From the NCBI RefSeq assembly GCF_036971445.1, contig NC_091475.1:55800001-55864000 (forward strand): 64,000 bases of DNA, read 5' to 3'. This DNA is from Narcine bancroftii (Eukaryota). Within the stretch, counting starts at the first letter, position 1, and each line of letters opens with the position of its first letter. A program made the position numbers and the translations under genes. This document shows positions 24,536 through 35,825 of the stretch, piece after piece. The notes under the pieces are model-generated. The model had not been told where the DNA came from. It saw only the letters and a list, made by a program, of their open reading frames with translations, and did no database searches.

Positions 24536-24758
24536 TGTACAGGATACTATCACCAATGTATATATTTGTATATATTTACATATAGTAGTAGTGATTGGCT
24601 GAGAGCTGTAGCCACGCCTACTGACAGGTCATAAAGGGCTGCTCCTAACCAGACTCAGGTCAGTCTGGACTGGTTGATCGTGCTATAATACACACTTCTT
24701 TTGCTGATTAAAGCCTTGGTTTGAGCTAATAAGTTTTTGAGTCATTTGACATGCTACA
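24536..24758 (+). mobile_element. solo LTR
   Basis: TG..CA, ATTAAA, perfect 5-bp TSD ccctg at 24531-24535 and 24759-24763. Confidence 0.9.
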
Positions 24759-24819
24759 CCCTGATAGTCACTTTCATCACTGAGAAGCTTTTGCCAGTTA
24801 TGGAAGGAATGGAGTAGAG

Positions 24820-25188
24820 CCGTGTTTCTCAACCTTTTTCTTTCCACTCACATCTCACTTTAAGTATTCCCTATGCCATCAGTGATTGCTTTAGGGATTG
24901 CTTAAGGTGGTATGTGAGTAGGAAGGGAAGGTTGAGAACCACTGCTCGAGACTAAATTGTTACTGAAATATTTTGCTTGAGAAAAATTGTCATTGGCCCA
25001 TTTTCTTTGGAGTTATAAAACCATCCACATAGCGAGTCAATCAGGTACGATTAAAACAGTGGTTCTCAAACTTTTTCTTTCCACCCACATACCACCTTAA
25101 GCAAACCCTTACTAATCATGGAGCACCAATGGCATAGGGAATACTTAAAATAGTATATGAGTGGAAAGAAAAAGGTTGAGAACCTCTG
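24820..25188. mobile_element. hAT/Charlie-like composite MITE, intact copy
   Basis: perfect 8-bp TSD gagtagag at 24812-24819 and 25189-25196; two inverted arms of about 125 bp. Confidence 0.92.
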
Positions 25189-25324
25189 GAGTAGAGGTTG
25201 CAAAAGACCCAATTAAGTTGCATAAATTATACGATTTGTCAATTAGCATCAAAGATGACTGAAATAAATGAAAAAAATAGCTGCAGATATCCAATATCTG
25301 GAATAAAATCAGGAATCAAACACT

Positions 25325-25570
25325 GGGGCGGCACAGTTGGCATAGCAGTTAGCAAAATGCTGTTACAGCATCAATGATCAGGACTTGGGTTCGAATCCCA
25401 CAGCGTCTGTAAGGATGTTCTTCCCATGTCTGCAACAGTTTTCCTCGGGGACTCCAGATTCCTCTCACCATTTGAAGCGTACCAAGGTTAATTGGGTGTA
25501 GTTGGGCGGTACTGACTCGTGGGCCGAAATGGCCTGTTACCATGATGTATGTCTAAATTTAAATTTAAAA
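25325..25570 (+). mobile_element. tRNA-derived SINE (HE1/V-SINE-like)
   Basis: A-box-like head, B-box GGTTCGAATCC, conserved core, (TTTAAA)n tail. Confidence 0.85.
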
Positions 25571-25789
25571 TGCTGGGAAAGGTCAGGACAGAAAAATCCA
25601 TGAAAAAAAAAGTTTATGTTTCAGGCCCATGACCTTTCATCATGATCGGCTGAGAGTTTTCAGCATTTCTTTCTGTTCTTTTAATAAAATGGAAGGCTCT
25701 GATTGACACAAAAATAAACATGTCCACCAATTATTAGATTCTATGAAGAACATTCTGATTAATAAAACAACAAAGCATCTCATCCTGAA

Positions 25790-26660
25790 ATTGTCATTGA
25801 GCAAGTGCTGATTGACTTGAAAGGTCACTGACAGCCACGTCAATTAAACTTTCTCTCAGAAACACTCTCACACACAATATTAAAGTCCTGCAGTCCACAT
25901 ACTGAAACATAAGAAAAATCATTTTTAATATCTTTGGATCACAGCTGGGCAATGACAAGTCAACTTATCTATTAAACTGAGCCAATATCCAATAATTCAA
26001 CTTGAAAGTATAAACCAAACTGGGTGAGTCTCGATGCTGAATCTGGGATAGCCTTTGTTCTGGATCTGAGAAAGAGTAGGTTAAACATTAGCTCACTTGT
26101 ATTGTAAATTAGCTTCATATGAAGCTCATTGGAGATGAGGTGCAGTGTCGTAAAGAGAGGTGGGGAGATAATGTAGCCTCACATGATTCCAATCTGCTCA
26201 ATGATTGGGTCTGTCGTGAACACTTTAGTGAAGAGTTGCCCATTGTATGACATAATGAAATTGGATGAAAATGCAGAATGTCTTCCTGTGGCTTTAATTG
26301 TAAAAGACATTCCAGACTGTTTAAGACTTTTGTGCAGTTAAAGATAGCTATGTATCACGATGGATGCTTTTCCTTAAGTTTCTCTTGGAGGTACTGTGAA
26401 AAGCAGTTCACATCATGTCTAAATGAATGGGATTCTCACTGCAATTCTGTGAGCAATTGGTACTAAATGGTATCTCTTCTGAATGACCCCGGTCATGATT
26501 TCTCCTGTTCCAGGTACCAAGAAGAACCCTCCAAATTACTGCTGTCAGTTTCTCCCCTCTTGAAGACATAAATTGTGTGCTCTTCCAAAGAGAATGAGCA
26601 TCTATGGTTTTTAACATGTAAGGCTCATCAGAACCCCAACAGTTTTCAAGATCCAACTAA
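25790..26660 (-). mobile_element. highly diverged RTE-like RT fragment
   Basis: degenerate LQEKL..YIAI..TK, IISPHL and LIYNTSELMFNL motifs in RTE order. Confidence 0.6.
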
Positions 26661-27683
26661 GGACATATTGCAAACAGCACCTTCAGAATTAGAGATCGAC
26701 AATTGACAACAAATTTGTTTCATACTTTATCTGCTTTTTTGGCAGTCCTTCAAGATTGTGACTGATAGCCACTCCAAAGTTCAATGTTCAGATTTATTGT
26801 CAGAGTGCACACATACACTGAGATTCCTTTTCCTGCAGGCGAGGCAGAACTTCTGTCCATCAGTAGTGCAATAAACTGCACTCAAGAAAAGACATGTATC
26901 CAAATGAGAGAAATGTAAACAAACTGAGTGTGCAATGCAAAAGATAAATATTCAAGAATAAATAAAGCGCAAAGTAAGAGCCCTTAAATGAGTCCCTGGT
27001 TGTGTTTGTTGTTGAGGAGTCTGATGTTAGAGGGGTAGCAACTGTTCCTAAAACATGGTACAAGTCTTGTGGCACCTCTTTCCTGAAGGCAGCAGCGAGA
27101 ACAGAGTGTGTGCTGGCTGGTGTGAATTCTCAATGATTGCTGTTGCTCTCTGACGGCAGCATTTCCTATAGATGTTCTCAATGGTGGGGATGGTTTTGCT
27201 TGTGATCGCCTGGGCTGGTTCCACTACCTTTTGCAGGGCTTTCTGCTCAGCAGTGTTGGTTCCCCCATTCCAGGCCATGATGCAGCCGGTCATCACACTT
27301 TACTTCAAGCATCTATAGAAGTTTGCCAAGATATTTGATGTCATATAAAACCTCTGCAAACTTCTGAGGAAGTAGAGGCATTGACATGCTTTTCTTAATT
27401 ATGACATTCAGGTGTTTGGATCTAGGGAAGGTCCTCTGTGATCGTCACTCTCAGGAATTTAAATTTGCTCATCCTCTGATCCCACAGTGATCATTGGATT
27501 GTACATGTCTGGCTTTCCCTTCCTGAAGTACACAACCAGCTCCTTGGTTTTGGTGACCTTGAGTTGTTATTACACCATTCAGTCATTTTAAATCTCCCTC
27601 ATCACCCCTTTTTATGTAACCCACAACCAGAGTATCGTCAGCAAATTTGTAGATGGCGTTATTGTCATACCGAGCCACACAGT

Positions 27684-29402
27684 TAATGGGTTATAAAGAT
27701 ATGGCAGAAGAATTAAATCAATATCTTACATTTGTAGCCACTGCAGAAGACATTAGTAATATCGTTGACAGACAGAGGCTTCAGGGAGTAGAGTTGGATA
27801 CAGTTAAGATTACTAGACAAATTGTGCTAGGTAAATTGAATGGATTAAAGACAGATAAATTCCCCAGACTGGACGAGGTACACCCTTGGGTTTTGAAAGA
27901 GGTGGCTTTGGAGATTGTAGATCCATTGGTGACAATCTTCCAGAAATCAATAGTCTCTGGCGTGGTTCTGGGGTTGCGAATGTGGTTCTGCTATAGAAGA
28001 AAGGTGGGAAACAGAAAAAAAGGGAACTATAGACCTATAAGTCTGATGTCAGTGGTGGGGAAGATATTAGAGTCAATCCTCAAGGACGAAGTTATGAAAT
28101 ACCTGGAAATGCATGACAGGTTAGGTCCTCGTCAGCATGGTTTTTTAAAGGGTAGATCATGTTTGACCAACCTATTAGAGTTTTTGAAGAAATTTCAGGT
28201 AGGATAGACAAAGGGGAGGCTGTGGATGTTGTATACTTGGATTTTCAAAAGGCTTTTGATAAGGTGCCTCATTTTAGGCTGATAAATAAAATGAAGGCCC
28301 ATGGAATTACAAGGAGGCTATTAGACTGGTTGGAAAATTGGCTGATAGACAGAAACCAAAGGGTTGAAATGAAGGGATCCCATTCAGAATGGCTGCCTTT
28401 AATGAGTGGTGTTCTGCAGGAGTCTGTCTTGGGGCCATTTCTGTTTATAATTTATATTAATGATTTGGATTGTGGACTAGTTTTGTGGCCAAATTTGCGA
28501 ATGACACCAAGATAGGTGGTGGAGCAGGAACTGTTGAAGAAACCGTAAAATTGCAGAGAGATAGAGACAGATTGGGAGACTGGGCAAAAACATGGCAGAT
28601 GAAGTACAACATTGAGAAGTGTTTGGTTCTACATTTTGGCAATGGAAATAAACAGGCAAAGAACTATCTGGATGGGGAGAAAATTCAATCCTCGGAGGTG
28701 CAAAGAGACGTGGGTGTCCTTGTGCAGAGTCATTTAAAAGTTAATGCCCAGGTGGGATTGGTAGTGAAGAAGGCAAACGCTATGGTAGCATTCATTTCAT
28801 GAGGTATAGTGTTTAAGAGTAGAAAGATGTTAATGAGGCTCTATGGGGCACTGGTAAAACCCCATTTGGAGAACTGTGAACAGTTTTAGGCCCCCTATCT
28901 TAGAAAAGATGTGATGTTGTTGGAGTGGGTGCAGAGGAGATTTACCAGGATGATTCCTGGAATGCATGGGCTGGTGTATGGGGAGTGTTTTGCAGCTCTT
29001 GGGTTATACTTGTTGAAGTATAGGAGAGTGAGGGGGATCTCATGGAGACATTTGGAATATTGAAAGGTTTTGACTGAGTGAAAGCAGATGTTTCCCTTGA
29101 TGGGTGACTTGAGGTCAAGGGGTCATAGACTTAAAATTAGAAGTTATCCAATTAAAACAGAGAGGAGGAAGAACTTCTATAGTCAGAGGGAGGAGAATCA
29201 GTGGAACTCATGCTGCTCAAAGCAGTGGAGGTCAGATCACTGGAAATGGATAAGTATCTCATTAGTAAGGGTATCAAGGGATATGGGGAAAAGGCTGATA
29301 ATTGGAATGAGGGGTGAGCTTAGTTCAGCTTAGTGTTGAGTCATGGAACAGACCCGATGGGCCTAGTGGCCTGCTTCAGTTCCTTTATCAAGTGATAAGT
29401 CT
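27684..29402 (+). mobile_element. CR1-like LINE nested in Rex1
   Basis: GNYRPISLMSVVGKILE, VVYLDFQKAFDKVPH, KFANDTKIGG; flanks share cacagt. Confidence 0.93.
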
Positions 29403-29908
29403 CACAGTCATGGTCTATTACAAGTAGAGCAGGGGTTGTGAAGAACACAGCCTGTTGTGTACTGGTGCTGATGGAGATTGTGGAGGAGATGTTCTCATCA
29501 ATCCTCATTGATTGTGGTCTGGCGGCGAGGAATTGTGTTCTGGTGCTGATGGAGATTGTGGAGGAGATGTTCTCATCAATCCTCATTGATTGTGGTCTGG
29601 CGGTGAGGAAATCCAGGATCCAATTACACAGTGGGGTGTTGAGCCCCAGGTCTTGGAGTTTGCTGATCAGTTTTGAGGGAATGATGGTACTGAGAGTATC
29701 AAACTGCCAAGGTGTTCCAAGGTTTTGTGTCGAGCCAATGAGATGGTATCCACTGTAGACCTGTAGCTGCAGTAGACAAATTGGAACAAATCTATGTCGT
29801 CGATCAACAGGAACTGATGTGCTCAACTGCAGCCTCTCGCAAAACTTCATCACTGTAGATGTGAGTAACACTGGCGAGTAGTCATTTAGGCAAGTTTCCA
29901 TACTCTTT

Positions 29909-30901
29909 GCAGACGATGCAGCTTTAGTTGCCCATTCAGAGCCAGCTCTTCAGCGCTTGACGTCCTGCTTTGCGGAAACTGCCAAAATGTTTGGCCTGGA
30001 AGTCAGCCTGAAGAAAACTGAGGTCCTCCATCAGCCAGCTCCCCACCATGACTACCAGCCCCCCCACATCTCCATCGGGCACACAAAACTCAAAACGGTC
30101 AACCAGTTTACCTATCTCGGCTGCACCATTTCATCAGATGCAAAGATCGACAATGAGATAGACAACAGACTCGCCAAGGCAAATAGCGCCTTTGGAAGAC
30201 TACACAAAAGAGTCTGGAAAAACAACCAACTGAAAAACCTCACAAAGATAAGCGTATACAGAGCCGTTGTCATACCCACACTCTTGTTCGGCTCCGAATC
30301 ATGGATCATCTACCGGCATCACCTACGGCTCCTAGAACGCTTCCACCAGCGTTGTCTCGGCTCCATCCTCAACATCCATTGGAGCGCTTTCATCCCTAAC
30401 GTCGAAGTACTCGAGATGGCAGAGGTCGACAGCATCGAGTCCACGCTGCTGAAGATCCAGCTGCGCTGGGTGGGTCACGTCTCCAGAATGGAGGACCATC
30501 GCCTTCCCAAGATCGTGTTATATGGCGAGCTCTCCACTGGCCACTGTGACAGAGGTGCAGCAAAGAAAAGGTACAAGGACTGCCTAAAGAAATCTCTTGG
30601 TGCCTGCCACATTGACCACCGCCAGTGGGCTGATAACGCCTCAAACCGTGCATCTTGGCGCCTCACAGTTTGGCGGGCAGCAACCTCCTTTGAAGAAGAC
30701 CGCAGAGCCCACCTCACTGACAAAAGGCAAAGGAGGAAAAACCCAACACCCAACCCTAACCAACCAATTTTCCCCTGCAGCCGCTGCAACCGTGTCTGCC
30801 TGTCCCGCATCGGACTTGTCAGCCACAAACGAGCCTGCAGCTGACGTGGACTCTTACCCCCTCCATAAATCTTCGTCCGCGAAGCCAAGCCAAAGAAAAG
30901 A
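29909..30901 (+). mobile_element. RTE-clade LINE, 5'-truncated young copy with open 3' ORF
   Basis: uninterrupted 295-aa ORF 29957-30844; TSD atactcttt at 29900-29908 and 30902-30910. Confidence 0.97.
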
Positions 30902-31648
30902 ATACTCTTTTTGAGCCCTAGTACAATTGAGGCCTGTTTGAAATACATGGGTACCATGTCCTGCCAGAGTGAGATATTGACGATATCCATGAATACATTG
31001 GAAAGTTCGTCAGCCCAGTTTTCAGTTCTTGGCCAGATACTCCATCCAGACTAGTGCTTTCCTTAGATTCACTCTCCTGAAGGCAGCCCACACGTCATCT
31101 TCGGACACTGACAGTAGAGGGTCATCAGAGGACATGTGGTTCTTCCTTACTCCAGTTCAGAGATCAAGAGGGAAAATAAACAATAAAGATCAGCTACAAA
31201 GAGACATTTTTCTCACATTTGAATGCATTTTATGAACAGATGTTCTTACATTGCTGTGGGATTCGTGAGCCTTGCTGTTAATCGTCGCATTCAAAAACAT
31301 AATGGGAATTTCACAAATGAATTGTTAATATTTTCTTTTAAAATTATCTTTATTGAGTTTTATCAGAAAAACAAACAAAAAAAGCAGTAAATTAATGCAA
31401 TGAAACCTTTGCAGATTTACAAATAATAACATATGGTACAGTCGCAACACGACTTAATTCTAAATCCAATAAATGGTAATACATACAATATTGTATATTG
31501 AATGAATTGTTAATATTCTAATGTGCTTACTTATTTTAAAAAGACCAACTAGGTTACTGCTGCACATCAATACTCCTCACTGAAGCTTCCCTTCCCTTCT
31601 GCTTGTAACAATTTTCTCTCTTGAAGTAACCTGCGGTGCTCCACTTAC

Positions 31649-31823
31649 TTTGTGTGGGAGTTCAAAAGGTAGATTAATGACCATTCACTGCATCGAAACA
31701 GCTGGAAAATGCATGAGGCTGAAAATTTTCTGAGGCACCAGGTGACGCTTTCATGAAAGTGATCCAAATCATCCTGTTCTCCCAGCATCTTCCAAGTCTA
31801 AGACATTTGCCCCTATTATCCGC
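31649..31823 (-). pseudogene. exon-like segment A (175 nt)
   Basis: T-rich acceptor ..tctcaaAG and consensus donor AAA/GTAAGT; ADNRGKCLRLGRCWENRMIWITFMKASPGASENFQPHAFSSCFDAVNGH*. Confidence 0.5.
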
Positions 31824-32521
31824 CTTTGAGACCATGAATAATACAAAATAAAAATGAAGTCTCCAATCTATGTAGCACTCTTTATGTTCCAGCAAGGTTA
31901 ATAGCAAATCAAGTAATTTTAAAAATGTGGTTACTCTTATAATGTGAGCAAAGAGTAACTTAGATTTTATCATAACAAGTGCAGACTAGTAAAATTTATC
32001 TTGAATTCTCGCATTTAATGCAAGAAGTCTTGCAATGTGCTTCAAGTAATTAGGAAAGAAAACTACATTTATCCCAGACAGATATCTGATTTGTAGCCTT
32101 ATTGTCCAGTATTGGTTTATCACATATTTTCTGGTGAACTAACAAAAGCTATCTCATTTTCTCTGTCACAAGGGCCCAATCTTTTGCAGTCCCATACACC
32201 CTTCGGGCCACAAATAGCCAGCAAATCGTTCATCAGTCACTTGCAGTCAATAATTGGTGAAATTATCCATCATTCATTGGGGCAGAATAATTAGAGTGTG
32301 CAGAACCATCACTGCTCAAATGAAGCACAATCCCAGATGCTATGAATGCCACTGCACATGACAACAATTTGCTGGCAATAAGGGGAGAGTGGAGATGAGC
32401 AAACCGCTGTTGCTCTGCACCCTTGGCTTTCTATGATGATCCGTAAATCACACTTAGCTAATTAAACCATTGAAATTAATAAATATATCTGTTGGTTTGA
32501 AACCATTGAAATATAAGCAAA

Positions 32522-32523
32522 TA

Positions 32524-32557
<34 letters not shown>
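32522..32557. repeat. (TG)n(AG)n compound microsatellite
   Basis: direct reading. Confidence 0.95.
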
Positions 32558-32558
<1 letters not shown>

Positions 32559-33764
32559 TAAAGAGAAAGAAAGAGGTAAACTTAGCAGCTGCAGTGTAGC
32601 TCATGACAAGTCAAGAATGCAAACAATGTGGGTCGATTTTAATCTTGAGCAGGTGAAATAATAATGTGTGGGTCTGGGAAGAAGCAAAGCAAAAGAGAGC
32701 ACTGAATGTGAGGCCTGGGGCTCTTCACTTGCTCAGTTTTATCACTCATTTTTCTGGTTTAAAAAGGCAGGGGGAAAAAAAAAGATGTCTGATAATATCC
32801 CAGTTTTCATTTTGGCTTTTGCTGGACAGATTGCCTTGCAGCTTTTTTAATTACTGTATTTGGATATGCAATGGATAGCAAAATCTCCCTGATGGGTGAA
32901 TTCCATGATGTATTAGAGCTTTGGCCTCATAACAGTCATAAATTGTATGGACAGTAAAAACGTCACAAGGGAAAGAATACATGATTAAAATCTCTGCTGG
33001 CTTCATGCCCATGTAAGGGAGACCAGAATTCCTGAGTGGGACAGAATTAGAGGCAATTCTAAAGAGCTGGAAGTTGAGGTCAGGATCAATGGAGGAGGAG
33101 GTAATGCATGGGTGGTGGGGGTGGTGGTTAGGGTTGGGGTGGGGTGATGAAACTGGTGTCAAAAGAGGCTGCCAACCAACCTTGATTGTCAAGTTCAATC
33201 TGCACATCTTACTTTCGATAAGGTTATTGGAGTACAACCAGGAATGAAGTGCTTCAGAGAATGAAAACTTGGGTGAGTTATTCAGAACAGAGTTGAAGAG
33301 AATTGATAAACATGATCAAGAATTTTTTTTTTAATTATAGAATAAGTGAATCGAAGCAATGGAACATTGGGAGAAAAGGCAAGAATTGGAGGGCGGAAAA
33401 TGGCAGAAGAACTCATGGCAATATGTTGAATTTTCTATCACTAATAGTTATCTCTTGATTGGATTGTCTAAAAGAAAGCAAAAGCAAATTTAGAGGTAGA
33501 TTTCAAAAGAGAATTCCAGGAAGACTTGAGCGGTGAAGAATTGCAGGTTGATGATGAAAGGACAAGAGCAGGAGGGCACTGGTGAACTCCACTTACGTTC
33601 CCATCATTTTTGTGCTGTATCATTCTCCGATGCTGTGATTTTTTTGCACACTGGTTGAAATTTCACCGATGAAGTGAGGAACTGGTTAACCTCCAATTCT
33701 GCACAAAAATTTGGGACTCAAGCCTCTGTATGTCCAAGTTTCCAGAATTGAGTCCAAATTTTAA

Positions 33765-34010
33765 TTTTAAAATAAATTTAAACATAGAGCACGATAATAG
33801 ACCATTTCAGCTCCTGAGTCCATGCCGCCCAATTACATTCAATTAACTTACAACCCAAGTACATTTGAACAGTGGGACAAATCCGGAGCCCCCAGGGATA
33901 ACTCATGCAAATAGGGAGAGAAGGTACAAACTCCTTACGAAGAGCGTGGGATTCGAACCCTGTCCCAATTTTTGGCGCTGGTGCTAACCGCTGCACTATC
34001 AGTGTCACTC
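33765..34010 (-). mobile_element. tRNA-derived SINE
   Basis: reverse B-box ggattcgaaccc, TTTAAA tail, similar to 25325-25570. Confidence 0.85.
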
Positions 34011-34321
34011 CCTAATGTGCTCCAATGCCAAATCTGTCAGAAGGCAAATGGGTGAAATTTGAACTGTGAATTTTCACAGATGCAAGTTCAATGATTTATG
34101 GCCATTTTAAAGGTGTGAGATAGAGAAAAGCAAGTTTCAAATAAGTTACATCTTTTCAAATTGATTAATTGAATTGTTTGAAACAACTTGTGAAATGTGT
34201 ATGGTTTAATGCTTAATTCTTAATTTACAAGCATTCAAACTGTTTCTCAGCCAGTTTAATTTCAAGATATGGCTTCACAGGCTCAAAGCATTTCCAAGGT
34301 AAACACGGTAGATGCCACGTG

Positions 34322-35757
34322 CAGTTCCGGATTAAGGTATTGCAGAGCCTATTGCTTTTATATTATTTTAAAGGGGCCCTAAATAGTGCTGGTTGGTGCA
34401 TGCATGGTCCTAAATAGTGCCGGATGGCACATGCACGATCCTAAATAGTACAGGCTAGCACACGCACAGTCCTAAATAGTGCCAGTTGGCACATGCACGA
34501 TCCTAAATAGTGCCGGTTGGCGCATACACAGTCCTATATAGTACTGGCTAGCACATGCACGGTCATAAATAGTACCAGCTGGCACATGCACGATCCTAAA
34601 TAGTACCGGTTAGTACATGCATGCTCCTAAATAGTACCGGTTAGCACATTGGCTAACACCTGCACAGTCATAAATAGTACCAGCTGGCACATGCACGGTC
34701 CTAAATAGTGCTGGTTGGCGCATACACTGTCCTAAATTGTACTGGTTGGCGCATGCATGGACCTAAATAGAATTGGCTAGCAAATACAAAGTCGTAAATA
34801 GTACCAGCTGGCGCATGCACGGTCCAAAATAGTGCCAGCTAGCACATGTACAGTGAGGGGGAAGTGTGAATGCTTCACCCACCCCCCCCCACACCCCCAA
34901 GAGAGTTTCTGACGCTGACCCTTCATGTCCATTTTTGTAAGTTTTAAATTGTTTTAATTATTCTTAGCAAAATGATGCGGGCTTTCTCAGATCACTGTCT
35001 ATTCAGTGATGTCTCTAGGGAACATAGCGCCTATGGCAAGCACTGAATTTGCACACCCTCATCATTAAAATTTACCTACAGATTTTGCACTTACACTGAA
35101 ATTGTTCCCCTTCCCTGCCCTCCCCATTAAAAATTACTCACACATTTTGTTAAAACAAAACTTACTTATGGTACCGGCTGGCTCAATGGCACATCCCAGA
35201 CTCCCCCACGTAGCTAAAACCGCTCTGCGTTTCTCTGGCACTGGTAGAGCGGTTCCAGCTGTGTGGGGGTTTATGGGTAACAAAGATGGCCACTGATCCT
35301 GCATTGAGCCATCACCACAAGCTGCTGGGGTGGTCCCCAATCAGATGCCGGAGCGGTGCTCTGGTGAACTCTGGCAGTCATCCACCCCTGCTGCCATGTT
35401 GGGAGATGGATGGGATGGGAGGGGCCACAACTAGGAACAAGGCAGACGCCCAGGGCTAGGAGAGTGGTGCCCCCCCCCTTTAAGGTTAATGATTTTAGCC
35501 TTTTATCACCTTTAATCAGACTATTGTCTATAGATTGTGGTTAAAAACCCCGATTAAAGGTAATTTCAGCAATTTTAGCCAATTATCATCTTTAATCAGG
35601 GTTGTTAACACATGCTAGCAGTGTGGTATCTCATAGCCACTGCACAAAGATGAAAGCAAAAATGTTTCTCTTAATTCATAGTACATAAATGCAGGGGCCC
35701 TTGAAAATCTGGGGCCTGTAGCATATGCTACTTTTGTTACGTGCTAGAAAACTGAAC
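34322..35757. mobile_element. putative non-autonomous DNA transposon carrying a minisatellite
   Basis: ends cagttccggattaagg..aggggccc and aggggccc..ggggcctgtagc..aaactgaac; TIRs degenerate. Confidence 0.45.
34378..34853. repeat. 31-bp minisatellite, about 15 diverged units
   Basis: cctaaatagtgccagytggcacatgcacggt recurring at 31-nt period from 34378. Confidence 0.95.
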
Positions 35758-35825
35758 GAACACACATGATGCTGGAGGGATCCAGCAGGTCAGGCCACAT
35801 CCATAAAAGGAGTGTCAGGCAGTGG

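Larger units (their letters stand above)
26780..31130 (-). mobile_element. Rex1/Babar-like LINE split by CR1 and RTE insertions
   Basis: CLNDYSPVLLTSTVMKFCERL, IIPSKLISKLQDLGLNTPLCNWILDFL, YKFADD, GCIMAW..ALQKVV; internal 78-bp tandem duplication at 29462-29611. Confidence 0.9.

Noticed and set aside
25325-25410. tRNA gene
   Set aside because: A/B boxes belong to a SINE head with core and tail; no cloverleaf evident.
26408-26656. Another exon of the minus-strand gene
   Set aside because: Surrounding sequence fits a degenerate RTE RT better.
34378-34853. CRISPR-like array
   Set aside because: Units are contiguous 31-mers with no unique spacers, in eukaryotic DNA with no cas genes.
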